64,000 nt of DNA from Nitrospinales bacterium (GCA_965223795.1 CBDCXL010000001.1:128001-192000), one strand, 5' to 3'. Positions 46,592-56,645 are shown, numbered from the stretch's first letter. Program-made: numbers and translations. The notes: a model not told the origin generated them from the letters alone.

Positions 46592-46898
46592 GTATTCACC
46601 CTTTTTAAAAAGGTGGGGCCCTGCAAGCGGGAAATATATCCCCGATTCGATAAAATTGCAAAGCTCAAATCACTCCCGCCGCGCAGCGGTATCGTGGAGT
46701 TTTGGGAATAAATACGCTGTCTAAAAACGATGCCGTAGCGAATAAACGGCGGTTTTGTGTGCTCTTTACCAGGGACGCAGTGAGCGCAATGAATAGACAG
46801 GCTGTGAGTGTGTTGTGCTAAAGTAGGGAGGTTTGAATCTGTGCGGGAAGGTTGCTGCCCTTTTGCTCAGGTGGAAGGGCCTTTGATGAAAAACGGGG

Positions 46899-47435
46899 TC
46901 ACCACGACGTCATCCACATCTGTTTGGGGGTTTTGCCTTTGAAGATCTCCTGGATGCGCTTGGCGAAATTTTCGTTGGTGAAGGTTTTGGTGTACTGGTC
47001 TTCGGGGCCTTTATACGGGTTCCAGGAGAGCACCAGCCGTTCGACGAACAGCTCTTCCAGCGGCACGTGGTGGATCTTGACGATGACGTTGGTCTTGGAA
47101 TCGACCAGCACCGCGACCATGGACGGGTCGTCCTTGGCGTAGAGCGCTTCGAGAAACCCGGGCGATTCCTTTTCCTGCTGCGCCGGGTTGCCGGGGGCTT
47201 CCAGAATCCAGTCCTCGCCGCCGACGGCGAAGATGGGAATGGAAGGGAACTCGGATTCCTCGCACAGCTTGGCGCGCCATTTCCCCTGCCAGGCATCCAC
47301 CTGCGCCTTGGAGGGTTCGGGAAACCGGCCCACCAGCAGCATGTCGCCGTTGGGGGAAAACGAAAGACCGCCGCCTTCGCCCTCGATGGCGACGGGGCAG
47401 GGCTGGCCTTCTTCAAAGCGGATCGTCTCTTCCAT
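46899..47435 (-). CDS. Hypothetical protein
   Basis: 178-aa ORF with host-like codon usage and AAGGTG upstream. Confidence 0.7.
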   Translation of the reverse strand: MEETIRFEEGQPCPVAIEGEGGGLSFSPNGDMLLVGRFPEPSKAQVDAWQGKWRAKLCEESEFPSIPIFAVGGEDWILEAPGNPAQQEKESPGFLEALYAKDDPSMVAVLVDSKTNVIVKIHHVPLEELFVERLVLSWNPYKGPEDQYTKTFTNENFAKRIQEIFKGKTPKQMWMTSW

Positions 47436-47627
47436 GTTGCATTCACCTTCGGGTTTGCATTGCGCGGCAGAAAAATATTGTGTTGGACCGGAGCGGCAAA
47501 GTCAAACAAAATTAAAAACCGCCTGTTTTTCATGAATTTTCCCGCCGATTCGCCCCATTGGGCTTGAGCGGGACGCGGGGCTGCGGTATCCTCGCGGTTT
47601 CCGCACATTTCACAGGAACGAAGAAAC

Positions 47628-49040
47628 ATGCGAACCACGCTGATCGCGCACGCGACGCTGCTCGTGCAGTCGAAAAACACCACGCTTTTGTCGGATCCGG
47701 TGCTGTTCAACTACCACTGGGAAGAACTCAATGTGCATTGCCCGGCGGTGGCGCTGGATCTGGATCGATTCCCCAGGGTGGACATCCTCAACATCTCGCA
47801 CCGGCATCAGGACCATTTCGACATCCGCACGCTGGCCTACCTGGCCGAGAGCGATTCCATCCTGGCGGAGGACGCGGTGGTGCTGGCGCCGCAGGATGAG
47901 ATCCTGCTGGAGGTCCTGAAGGAACTGGAGTTCAAGAACGTGAAGGTGGTGACCGATTTCGAAACGTTTCAGGTCAAGGACTTCACGCTGACGCCGACGC
48001 CGTCGCACAACGATCAGGATTATTTCCCGGAGCACGGCATCCTGATCCACGACGGTGAGGTGACGGTCTGGAACCAGGTGGACACGATCGTGAGCCCGCC
48101 GGTCATACAGTACATCCACAAGCTGTACGGGCAGGTGGACTGCGCGCACGTGCGCTACCTGCCGCTTCTGGAAGGAAATTTCACCTTCCACAAGGAGCTG
48201 GAGCTGCCGTTCGAGGAATACCAGTCCTTTTTACAAGTGGCCGCGGCGCTCAGGCCGAAATTCGCGGTGCCCGGCTCGGCGGGGTTTCGCTATAAGGACG
48301 CGTACGACTTCCTCAACCGCTATTCCTTTCCCACGACACAGACGCAGTTTCTGCGCGACCTGAAAGACTTCTGCCCCGATATCGGCAGCAGCACCTTCTA
48401 CCCCGGCGACGTTCTGGACATCACCCCCGGCGGCGTGGACGTGCAGCGGCAGGCGGCGGATTTCGTGGGCGTGCGCGAGGACGACGAGCACCTGGTGGAG
48501 TTCAAGCCGGTGGCGGAAGTCGCCCCGCTCAGGACGCTCACCGAGGATGCGGCCGAGCGCGAGAAGGAAAAACAGGCGGTCATCGATTACATCGAAAACC
48601 GCCTCGTCGATGCATTGTTATCCAAAGAAAGCGTGCGCACCTGGGTGGAGTGGAAGACGGCGTACCAGCTTGAAGTGTTCGACAAGGACGGGTCGGACAT
48701 CTGGAGCATCGATTTCGGCGGCGAAGACGCGGTCATCGAGAAAAAGCGCATCGGCAAGATCAACCTGTACGAAGGCATCGCCTATTCCGAGTTCTACCGG
48801 CTGATTCAGGGAGAAACCAACTGGGATTTCGTCGGCGTCGCGGCGCAGTACCGCACGTTTCAGAACATCTACCGGGTGGAGCGCGGGCAGATCGAAAAAT
48901 ACAAGGAAGAAAAGCGGTTCCCCCAGCCCTTGATGGAACTGTTCCCGCCGGACCGCACGATGGACCGGGAGAAGTACATGAAAGACGTGCGCCGCTGGAA
49001 AGGCAAAGCGACGGTCAAGGCCGACGCGCAGGCGGGTTGA
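47628..49040 (+). CDS. Metallo-beta-lactamase-fold hydrolase with C-terminal extension
   Basis: HATLLV, LSDP, SHRHQDH (HxHxDH). Confidence 0.85.
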   Translation: MRTTLIAHATLLVQSKNTTLLSDPVLFNYHWEELNVHCPAVALDLDRFPRVDILNISHRHQDHFDIRTLAYLAESDSILAEDAVVLAPQDEILLEVLKELEFKNVKVVTDFETFQVKDFTLTPTPSHNDQDYFPEHGILIHDGEVTVWNQVDTIVSPPVIQYIHKLYGQVDCAHVRYLPLLEGNFTFHKELELPFEEYQSFLQVAAALRPKFAVPGSAGFRYKDAYDFLNRYSFPTTQTQFLRDLKDFCPDIGSSTFYPGDVLDITPGGVDVQRQAADFVGVREDDEHLVEFKPVAEVAPLRTLTEDAAEREKEKQAVIDYIENRLVDALLSKESVRTWVEWKTAYQLEVFDKDGSDIWSIDFGGEDAVIEKKRIGKINLYEGIAYSEFYRLIQGETNWDFVGVAAQYRTFQNIYRVERGQIEKYKEEKRFPQPLMELFPPDRTMDREKYMKDVRRWKGKATVKADAQAG

Positions 49041-49126
49041 TATTGAATTCCCGCTTCCCCGCATCCGCGCATCCTGCTATCCTGTCGGCTGCAGGGGACA
49101 CGGTTTACCGGGAAACGCGCGGTGGC

Positions 49127-49155
49127 TTGACTTCCCCTGTGGAAACCGGTACATT
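49127..49155 (+). promoter_or_regulatory. Putative sigma70 promoter for tRNA-Met
   Basis: TTGACT-17 bp-TACATT about 80 bp upstream of the tRNA. Confidence 0.55.
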
Positions 49156-49237
49156 TCCGGTTTCTTTCTAATGAATTCAAACGGTTGACGGTTCCGGCCG
49201 GGACCGTTCGAGCGTCGATTCCATACTGACCGAATAC

Positions 49238-49314
49238 GGCGGTGTAGCTCAGCTGGTTAGAGCATACGGCTCATATCCGTAGCGTCCGGGGTTCAAGTCC
49301 CTGCACCGCCACCA
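49238..49314 (+). tRNA. tRNA-Met(CAT), elongator type, CCA encoded
   Basis: GGCGGTG/CACCGCC acceptor stem, TAGCTCAGCTGG D-arm, TACGG-CTCATAT-CCGTA anticodon arm, GGTTCAAGTCC T-arm, ACCA end. Confidence 0.95.
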
Positions 49315-49320
49315 AAAAAT

Positions 49321-49358
49321 AAAGGGGTTGCCCGTCTGGGGCAGCCCCTTTTTTATTT
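49321..49358 (+). terminator. Intrinsic terminator after tRNA-Met
   Basis: AAAGGGGTTGCCC-GTCTG-GGGCAGCCCCTTT hairpin plus T-tract. Confidence 0.85.
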
Positions 49359-49378
49359 GCTTGTGCGCTTTGTGTCCG

Positions 49379-49900
49379 TTAGCACGGCACAATCTTTCCG
49401 CGTTTGAAAGAAACCTTTTGGGGTTTTTTGTGGACAGGTAAATTCAGGTGATTGCCCACTTTTTCAGCCAAGGACCGGATGGTGGACGCATCGCTCGAAA
49501 TGACGGGGATGTAAAGATTGGATTGTCCGAGCAACTGCACAAAGTATCTTGTTCTTGTTACAAGATTGCCATTTTGTCCGCCTGTGCCGAACGTGCCGAT
49601 ACCCACGCCCGTGAAATCAGCGATCGAATGGGATTTTTCTATTGTGTGAAAGCGGGTGCCGGCCGAACTTGTGATCCTTCCTGCTCCTTTGTCTATCCGG
49701 ATGAATATTTTCAGCGTAAAACACATGTTTGAAACGAGCAGGAATGCCAGCCCCACAATAAATACTAAAAACGAAATGCCATCGATTGCGATCGACAAAT
49801 ACATCCATGAGACGCCAGAGAGAAAAAGAACCCACCCGGCCAATTTAGGTAAAGCCCGGTCTAAATGGAATTCCATCGCAGAATGGGTTTCAGCAGACAT
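49379..49900 (-). CDS. Hypothetical 2-TM membrane protein, AT-richer than its flanks
   Basis: Two hydrophobic helices followed by a beta-rich domain; atypical codon usage. Confidence 0.7.
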   Translation of the reverse strand: MSAETHSAMEFHLDRALPKLAGWVLFLSGVSWMYLSIAIDGISFLVFIVGLAFLLVSNMCFTLKIFIRIDKGAGRITSSAGTRFHTIEKSHSIADFTGVGIGTFGTGGQNGNLVTRTRYFVQLLGQSNLYIPVISSDASTIRSLAEKVGNHLNLPVHKKPQKVSFKRGKIVPC

Positions 49901-50161
49901 AACACCGCCATTGAGGCCCTTGCTGTGGTGTGGAACTCAGAATGACGCTATTTTATGAAATTCAGGGGGATTTCAAATATTTAAATTTCCGTCATTCAAC
50001 GGAAAGATGCCAAGAGACATTTGGAGTGGGTGGACGAGATGAAAGACAAAGTGGAGATGATTGGGCCCTGATGAATGGATTCTACCGGGTGGAGCAATGC
50101 AAAAGCGAATCCCGCGGTCCGAAAGATCCGTGTCCGGCTGCTTCAAACAGCGGGGTTGCGG

Positions 50162-51244
50162 TCATTCCCGGTCCGCCTGTTGTGCGCTGCGGGCGACGCT
50201 GTTTCCGGCGCGCGCGCTCATGAACTTCTGCTGGTCGTACCCCAGGATCATCTCCCAGGCTGAATTCTCATAGGCCGCGATCAGGGGCAGGGCGACGTCC
50301 TCCAGCATCCAGCGGCCGTGGCGCTTGTCCACCTTGATGTGCAGATCCCAGTATTCCCTGGCTTTTTCCGGCAGGCGCAGGCGCTTCGCGGCCTGGCTGT
50401 AATTCTCAAACGCCGCCGGTACGGATATCTCGGTGTACAGCAGCCCGCCGATGTAGCGCAGGAAATGGCGCTTGCGTTCGGAAAGGAGGAAACTGTGGTT
50501 GATCGTGGCCAGCACCTCCCAGGGAACGTAATCGAAATAGGCCTCCGGCTTGGTCCGCATACCGAGCGTCTCCAGCATGGCCGTGAAAAAGGCGGAGTGC
50601 TTGCGGGCCAGACGGCCGGCCCCGTATTCCTCGATCAAAAGCCGGGTCAGCATCGCCTGCACCTCGTTGCCCACGCCGCCGAGCATGCGTGACAGCTGGC
50701 TCGCCTCCACCAGGCCGTCCAGGGAGGCGATGGCGAGCAGCCTCCGGTAGCCTTTCTCCGTCATGCGGTCGCGAAAGTACAGACCGGTTTCCGAGGGTTG
50801 GGGAGCCCGGTCGGCCTGCGACCGTTTGCGGAGCGCCGCTTCGACATCTTCGTCCTGCAGCGTGCGCGTGTCGAGCTGTGCCCGCTCCCACTGCTGCCAG
50901 ACGCTTTCGATCCGCTGGCGGATCGCGGCCAATTGCGTGGAGCACTCGTTGTCGTAATTTCTGAGGTCGTCGTACCAGAACAGTTTCAGCCGGTTGATCC
51001 GGTACAGGACCCGCTGCAGAAAAAGGTGCGCTTCGGGCGACGGAGCGCCGCTTTCATACGCCGCGCCGATGGCTTCCTCGATGAACAGTTTCATCGTCCG
51101 CATCCGCTGCGGATTTTCCAGCACCTGCTGATCGAGGTTCTTGAGCCGCATCAGCTGGATGAACTGCTGTTCGGCTGTAATATAATCGGGGTCGTTGATT
51201 TCGGGGGTTGCACCGACTTCGATGCGGGTTTTTAGTGTCTGCAC
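50162..51244 (-). CDS. Iron-containing redox enzyme (heme-oxygenase-like diiron oxidase family)
   Basis: DGLVEASQL, EEYGAG....KHS, YTE, YWDLHIKVD..HG ligand pattern; GTG start chosen after GGAG. Confidence 0.85.
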   Translation of the reverse strand: MQTLKTRIEVGATPEINDPDYITAEQQFIQLMRLKNLDQQVLENPQRMRTMKLFIEEAIGAAYESGAPSPEAHLFLQRVLYRINRLKLFWYDDLRNYDNECSTQLAAIRQRIESVWQQWERAQLDTRTLQDEDVEAALRKRSQADRAPQPSETGLYFRDRMTEKGYRRLLAIASLDGLVEASQLSRMLGGVGNEVQAMLTRLLIEEYGAGRLARKHSAFFTAMLETLGMRTKPEAYFDYVPWEVLATINHSFLLSERKRHFLRYIGGLLYTEISVPAAFENYSQAAKRLRLPEKAREYWDLHIKVDKRHGRWMLEDVALPLIAAYENSAWEMILGYDQQKFMSARAGNSVARSAQQADRE

Positions 51245-51394
51245 GGGACTCCGGGGAAAAAGGTGCACAATCAAGGCTTTTCAGCCACGAATTTTTCATT
51301 GTAACATCCATCCGGCGCAAATCCAGTAAAGTGGGTGTTCGGGGGAGGCGGAGCGGGTCACATGGAGACGGATTGCGGCGATCCGGTGTCCAGC

Positions 51395-53005
51395 TCAATA
51401 CGGGGGCAGGGTGGTGAGGCGGGTGTCCTCGACGGGGCCGCCGACGGTGAAGTGGTACAGGCTCTGGTAGCGGTCGCCGGCGATGCCGAAGATTTCGTGC
51501 ACGGGATCGTCGAAGAAGCAGCCGATGCCGGTGCTGCGGATGCCGCTGACTTCCGCCTGTAAATAGAGGATCTGCCCGATCGCGCCGCACTCCCAGTACA
51601 GGCGCGGATACACCCACGGGCCGTATTGCTCGATCGGCCGCTTGAAGGCGCTGATCATCCCCAGGCTGAAGCAGCCGTCCGCGGCGATCGCCTGACCACA
51701 CGAGATCTGCGCGGACGGCTGGCGCAGGTCCCCCTCCGCCAGCAGATACAAATTCAGGCCATCGGGACAGCCCGGCGGAGATTGCCAGGAAAATTCCGCA
51801 TTGAACGCGGCGCGCAGTTCTTCAAGGTGGTTCGGGTTGCGCACCAGCACGTACAGTCCGGGTGCGAGGTCGTCCACACGGTGGACGAACAGGCCCAGGT
51901 GCACCAGCGGTTCCCAGGGAATGGTCTGGAACGGCAGGGGGCAGAGCGCGGGAACGGTCTTGATCATGAACTGGTAGAAGGTGTCGCGCGTGATGCGGGT
52001 GCGGCCGTCCATGGCGACGGCGCTGCGGCGCTGGTGGACGGCCTTGCGCAGGGGAAACGTTTCATCGGCAAGCAGCGATGCGCCGGATTGCTGCGCGACG
52101 GGCGGAAGCGCCGCGCCATCCGGTTTCACGGCGGCGTGCGACACGTCGCCGATGCCGCGCCATTGAACATGCGACCGGCTGAGCGAATTGGGCGAGCCAA
52201 GCCATTTGAGATCGCGGAAGCTCTCGGCGAGAGCGGCGGTATCGAGTTTGGGCGGCGTTGCGACGGGCTCCGGCGTCACGGCGGCCAGGCAGTCGGGGAC
52301 TTCCACTTCCGTGTCGCTTTTCTCGGTGAGGCCGAGCAGGGTGTCCAGCGTTTCCCCGCCCAGCGTGTCGAGCAGGGCGGCCTGCCAGCCCAGTCCGGCG
52401 CAGGCGATGTTGAGCGCGCCGAGGGCGTGGCCGAGGTCGTGGTGGCAGTAGCGGAACGCGCGCACGCCGTATTTCCAGGACTCGCGCCAGTAAATCGAAC
52501 TCAGCCCCACAAAAACCGTGTTTTGAGGAAAGCCTGCGCGCAGGGTCTCCCATGCGGTGTCCGGCAATTGCGCGCGGATTTCCAGGGCGTGGATCGCCGG
52601 GCAGTAATGGAACACGGCGGGCGTGGCGGTGACGCCTTCGAGCGGACCGGCGATCAGGTAGCCTTCGGTGGGGTGCAGGTTGCCGCTGGACGGGTTGACG
52701 CGCAGCGCCCACTGATTGCCCTGAAAGCTTTTCCAGGCGGACAGGGCGAGGCTGTCGAAAAACAACTGCGACAGGGTCGCGGCGCTCAGGGCGGCCGGGG
52801 AAACCGTTCCGGGCGTGAGGGCTTCGGAAAACGAAGGCCGCTCGAGAGGCGGCACTTTTTGCAGGGTGACGATGGGAGCGCCGTGGTATCTTCGGAACGG
52901 GTCCGGCTGGGAGGCCCAGTCCAGGTATCCGGGGCCGGGCGCGAATCCGCGATAGCCGTGTTTGGAAACGCGATGGTATTGAAAGACGGTTTCGAGCGGG
53001 GTCAT
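51395..53005 (-). CDS. SagB/ThcOx-family tandem nitroreductase-domain protein
   Basis: LDWASQPDPFRRY, LRVNPSSGNLHPTEGY, RESWKYG.RAFRYC.HD.GH, RRSA, TGIGCFFDD. Confidence 0.9.
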   Translation of the reverse strand: MTPLETVFQYHRVSKHGYRGFAPGPGYLDWASQPDPFRRYHGAPIVTLQKVPPLERPSFSEALTPGTVSPAALSAATLSQLFFDSLALSAWKSFQGNQWALRVNPSSGNLHPTEGYLIAGPLEGVTATPAVFHYCPAIHALEIRAQLPDTAWETLRAGFPQNTVFVGLSSIYWRESWKYGVRAFRYCHHDLGHALGALNIACAGLGWQAALLDTLGGETLDTLLGLTEKSDTEVEVPDCLAAVTPEPVATPPKLDTAALAESFRDLKWLGSPNSLSRSHVQWRGIGDVSHAAVKPDGAALPPVAQQSGASLLADETFPLRKAVHQRRSAVAMDGRTRITRDTFYQFMIKTVPALCPLPFQTIPWEPLVHLGLFVHRVDDLAPGLYVLVRNPNHLEELRAAFNAEFSWQSPPGCPDGLNLYLLAEGDLRQPSAQISCGQAIAADGCFSLGMISAFKRPIEQYGPWVYPRLYWECGAIGQILYLQAEVSGIRSTGIGCFFDDPVHEIFGIAGDRYQSLYHFTVGGPVEDTRLTTLPPY

Positions 53006-53155
53006 GGATCTCCTGTGCCGATTTTGTTCAGCAGGCATTCTAAACCATAACGGCCGCCGCGCCCGCAATCGTTTGCGGAGGACGTGCTTTCCACTGCTGT
53101 CCGGTTTCACCTTCTTGATTTTCTTCTGTATAGAACCTGAAAGGAAGGAGTGAGG

Positions 53156-53824
53156 ATGCGTAAGGGCGTCGCCGTTCTTATTTTCGCGGGACTTCTCATC
53201 ACGCTGCTGGTTTGGAGCACGCCGGTGACGCGGCTGGGTTCCGGGTTTCTCATCGGTGACGGCCGCACGGTCCTCACGCAGGCGGAACTGGTGAACGGTT
53301 CCGGCGACATCCGGGTCAAATTCCCCAATGAGGACGACATCGCGGCGGAGCGGGTATCGGTGAACAACGCGGACCGGGTGGCGGTGCTGAAGCTGCAGGA
53401 AGCGCCGAAAGTGAAACGGGAACCGCTGGCGATTCCAGCGGAACCCGCCGCGCTCAAGGAGAACTACGTGTTCGCTCTGGGCTATCCCTGGACCAACACG
53501 CTGGAAGACCGGCACACGTTGCACGAAGGGAGGATCGAATCTTTGGCGGAAAATGCTTCAGGGCAATGGGAGGTAAAAATGGAACTGAACCCGGTTCACA
53601 GCGGCAGCCCGCTTTTCAGCGCTGACGGAACGGTCGTGGGGATGATCGCTACGGTGATGGAGGGGGATGCGGGCGCGGCGCGGGCGGTGCCCGCCGCGCA
53701 ATGGGCCGCGCTGCTCAAGACACTCAAAATCAAGGGTGCGGGCAAGCGGATCGGGGATTATAAAAACAGGCAGGCGTTCATCGAAGCGGTGCGCAACAAC
53801 GTGGTTCTCATCGAGGCGCGTTGA
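53156..53824 (+). CDS. Trypsin-like (S1) domain protein, catalytic His apparently missing
   Basis: GSGFLI, LTQAELV, D.VAVLKL, ALGYP, HSGSPLF..DG.VVGM. Confidence 0.8.
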   Translation: MRKGVAVLIFAGLLITLLVWSTPVTRLGSGFLIGDGRTVLTQAELVNGSGDIRVKFPNEDDIAAERVSVNNADRVAVLKLQEAPKVKREPLAIPAEPAALKENYVFALGYPWTNTLEDRHTLHEGRIESLAENASGQWEVKMELNPVHSGSPLFSADGTVVGMIATVMEGDAGAARAVPAAQWAALLKTLKIKGAGKRIGDYKNRQAFIEAVRNNVVLIEAR

Positions 53825-53866
53825 ACCGTCTTCCGGGACGACGGTTTTTATGGAGTGGTCTGTCGT

Positions 53867-54379
53867 TTACAGTTTCTGCAGGTTTTCCATGATGTACTTG
53901 CCCGTGTCGCGTAAAAACCGGTCCATGCGTTCCTTGCCGCTGGAAGTCAGGTGGATCATTTTGCAGCGGCTGTCCAGCGGTTTTCCGGTTTTGCGGTTGA
54001 ACCCGCCTTTTTTGATCTCCAGCAGGCCGGTGCCGACGCCGTCTTTTTCCACGATCTTGGTGGTGGTCTGTTTTTCCAGGTTTCCCTGGACCACGTCGGG
54101 CACGTCCTTCAGCGCCAGCGGCTGACCCGAGTGATACAGGTGAAAACAAAGGTCGCGGATCTGCGGCCGGATCGTGCGCAGGGCAGGGTCCGATTCGGAA
54201 TTGCTGGAATCGGAGAGCATGGTGCGGATCCATTTTTCCTCGATGTCTTTTTCCAGCCTGCAGAACAGGACACCCACCCGGGCCTCCTTTTCATCTGAGG
54301 GGGGCGCCTGCTCGCTCGTTTGCGGGGGATTGATCTCTCCCAGAATGGGGTCGGGCTCGCTTTGTCGTTTCCAGAACAT
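53867..54379 (-). CDS. Hypothetical protein with MarR-like winged-helix C-terminus
   Basis: DSRCKMIHLTSSGKE resembles the MarR wing D.R...(V/I).LT..G. Confidence 0.6.
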   Translation of the reverse strand: MFWKRQSEPDPILGEINPPQTSEQAPPSDEKEARVGVLFCRLEKDIEEKWIRTMLSDSSNSESDPALRTIRPQIRDLCFHLYHSGQPLALKDVPDVVQGNLEKQTTTKIVEKDGVGTGLLEIKKGGFNRKTGKPLDSRCKMIHLTSSGKERMDRFLRDTGKYIMENLQKL

Positions 54380-54688
54380 GAATCAGCCTCTAAAGTCCGG
54401 TTTGTCAACGGTATATAAATACAACAACTGTATAAGTATATAATATGTCCGCAACGGACGCAACCTTTAATTGCCGGAATGATTATTGATGTTGGTTACC
54501 GGTATTTTAAATGCCGGAAGGCGGGTGTGGGCATAGATACGGCAATTTCAGACAGTTTAGAGAAAGCGGGCCGTGGCCGTGCGCCTTAAGGGCAGGGGAT
54601 GTGTTCAGTCTCGCGCTGACAGGCGGATTGGCTGCAGTTACATCATTCTTGTGCTGCCGGAGTCCAGCGGCTTGCGGGGAAACCGGTG

Positions 54689-55060
54689 TCAGATGTTCGT
54701 CTCCTGCATGAAAAAGGGGATGGCCAGGCTCAAACCGCGCTTGGAGCAGGAAATCCGTCCCGGAATGCTGTTGTCGCACTGAGTCGGGGGGAACACGACG
54801 TATTCCATGCTGGTGCCGTCCACGGTGACGGTCTGATCGTTGAATTTGGTGCAGGTGGTTTTGTACAGGCGCTTGCCGCCATCCTGCGAATTCACGCTGG
54901 ACGTCTTGCAGGAGCCTCTGTCGAAGAACACAAAGCGGTCGGGTTGGGACGCGCTGGCGGAGGCGGTTTCTTTGGGATCCTGGGATTCTCCATTGCCGAT
55001 CAGAAAAATGGCGGCGAGGAACAGGGCGGCGAGGGCGAGCATTTCGAGGGCGGTTTTCAT
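54689..55060 (-). CDS. Hypothetical secreted protein with 4 Cys
   Basis: AAGGA RBS, N-terminal hydrophobic segment. Confidence 0.65.
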   Translation of the reverse strand: MKTALEMLALAALFLAAIFLIGNGESQDPKETASASASQPDRFVFFDRGSCKTSSVNSQDGGKRLYKTTCTKFNDQTVTVDGTSMEYVVFPPTQCDNSIPGRISCSKRGLSLAIPFFMQETNI

Positions 55061-55210
55061 GGCGGATGTCCTTTCTTTTCCGGGGTTCGACTTGCCTGAT
55101 GCTCCTGTCTATTGCACAAGCTTTGCCAAACGCAGCCGGAAAACAAAGTCTATGTTAATGAACGCGTTACACGATGGGCACGGGCAGGGCGCGGTGTTCC
55201 ATGCGCGCGA

Positions 55211-55246
55211 CCGTGCATGGTGCCGTGCATGGAACCGTGCATGGTG
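55211..55246. repeat. Three tandem copies of CCGTGCATGG with 12-bp period
   Basis: Copies at 55211, 55223 and 55235, between divergent genes. Confidence 0.85.
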
Positions 55247-55403
55247 TTCAGCACGAAAACGTATAAAGGCTTGTGTTTCAAAGAAAACGGTTGATCGTGC
55301 GGCTTTGGTCCGGAACTTGCCAATAGGAGGGATGCAGACCCAATTCCCCCATTGGGAATGAGCAAATCAACCACAAGCATTTTCAAATTTAAGGAGACAC
55401 AAC

Positions 55404-55772
55404 ATGAAGAAAACAACGTTCCTGAGCGGACTGGGTCTGGCTCTGGCATTCTCGTTGTTGATGACGGGAAACAGCCAGGCAGCGCCCCGCGACCCGGCTT
55501 CGCCGCCCAACTATGGCTTTCCGAAGCCCAAGCCTCCGTGTGGAGACAAGATGTGGATCGCGGTGTATCCCAAACCCTGTTTCGACGAGCCGCAGGTTCC
55601 GCACCGTCCGGTGGACTGGGAGGAATACTGCAAGGGGAAGGCGTTCATTCCCGAAAGCAACCATCCCTGTCTGAGCTGGAATAGGCCTCAGCCGCCGATG
55701 GAGAATCCCTGGGGCTGGACGAAGCCTCCGGCATGGCGGCCGCACCACCGCGGACCGGCAAAACTGCGCTGA
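55404..55772 (+). CDS. Secreted Pro/Trp-rich small protein with 4 Cys
   Basis: AAGGAG RBS, signal peptide ending SQA. Confidence 0.7.
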   Translation: MKKTTFLSGLGLALAFSLLMTGNSQAAPRDPASPPNYGFPKPKPPCGDKMWIAVYPKPCFDEPQVPHRPVDWEEYCKGKAFIPESNHPCLSWNRPQPPMENPWGWTKPPAWRPHHRGPAKLR

Positions 55773-56133
55773 ACGCGCGGCAGCCTGCCGCAAATGCGGG
55801 CGAGCCGCGGCAGCTAAGCCATTCAAAGGATCCGGGGGCGCGTGTCTTCGCGTCCTCCGGGAAGAACAGGAGAGTGTGTGTACAAAGTCAGGAGGGGCCT
55901 GACTTTTTCGCTTGTTTTCTCCTTTTCTCGAAAGCGGCCGGGTTCCCGGCGATCTCAGGATTGTCCGGGAGCCCGGCTGCCTTTCGGGTTCTTTGACCCG
56001 GCGCGGCCGCGCGGACTGCATTGCCACGCCTGGCTGGAATTATTGGCACGGTGCGGCGTAATCGAGGCAATCGACACGGTTTTGCTATCGCTTGCCGGAT
56101 AAAAATGTGCTGGACAGGGAGCCGTGCTGTTTC

Positions 56134-56152
56134 TATAATGATAATTATTATC
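56134..56152. promoter_or_regulatory. Fur box
   Basis: TATAATGATAATTATTATC matches the canonical GATAATGATAATCATTATC at 17/19 positions, 28 bp upstream of a Bfd-like gene. Confidence 0.88.
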
Positions 56153-56180
56153 AATTTAAGTTTCCCCAGGATCCCCGTCC

Positions 56181-56459
56181 ATGGATGCGCGCGTCGCCCA
56201 AACCGATGAAATCATTTGCCAGTGTTACCAGGTGAGTGAAAAGACGATTCGCGCCAACATCGCCAGAAAAAATCTGCAGACCATCGAGCAAGTCACCGAA
56301 GCCTGCGAAGCGGGCGGCGGCTGCCATTCCTGCCACATCCTCATCGAACTGTTCCTCGACGAGCACAAACAAAAGCACACACCGGTGCAGACGCTGGTCG
56401 CCGAACATGGCGACAAAGTGAAAAAGCCGGGCATCTTCCGCCGCCTGTTCCGCCGATAA
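56181..56459 (+). CDS. bfd: Bfd-like [2Fe-2S] protein
   Basis: ICQCYQV...AGGGCHSC (CxC...CxxC). Confidence 0.8.
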   Translation: MDARVAQTDEIICQCYQVSEKTIRANIARKNLQTIEQVTEACEAGGGCHSCHILIELFLDEHKQKHTPVQTLVAEHGDKVKKPGIFRRLFRR

Positions 56460-56645
56460 CCGGAATGCCTTAAACGGCCGCCTGTTGATCTGAGCATAGC
56501 GGCGCAGCTTCCATGCGTGTTCACAACCGGCGCGGCGCCGAGCCGCTTATTTCCTTGCATCTTAAAAGCGTTTTAACTATGGTTGGTTTTCACCAGAAAC
56601 GGTCCCCGCAAGGGATACCCACACGCACGGGAGGAGTTGCGCTAC

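Noticed and set aside
50162..55772. Complete RiPP (azole) cluster
   Set aside because: No YcaO/E1 enzyme, leader-core precursor or exporter; the small proteins have Sec signal peptides.
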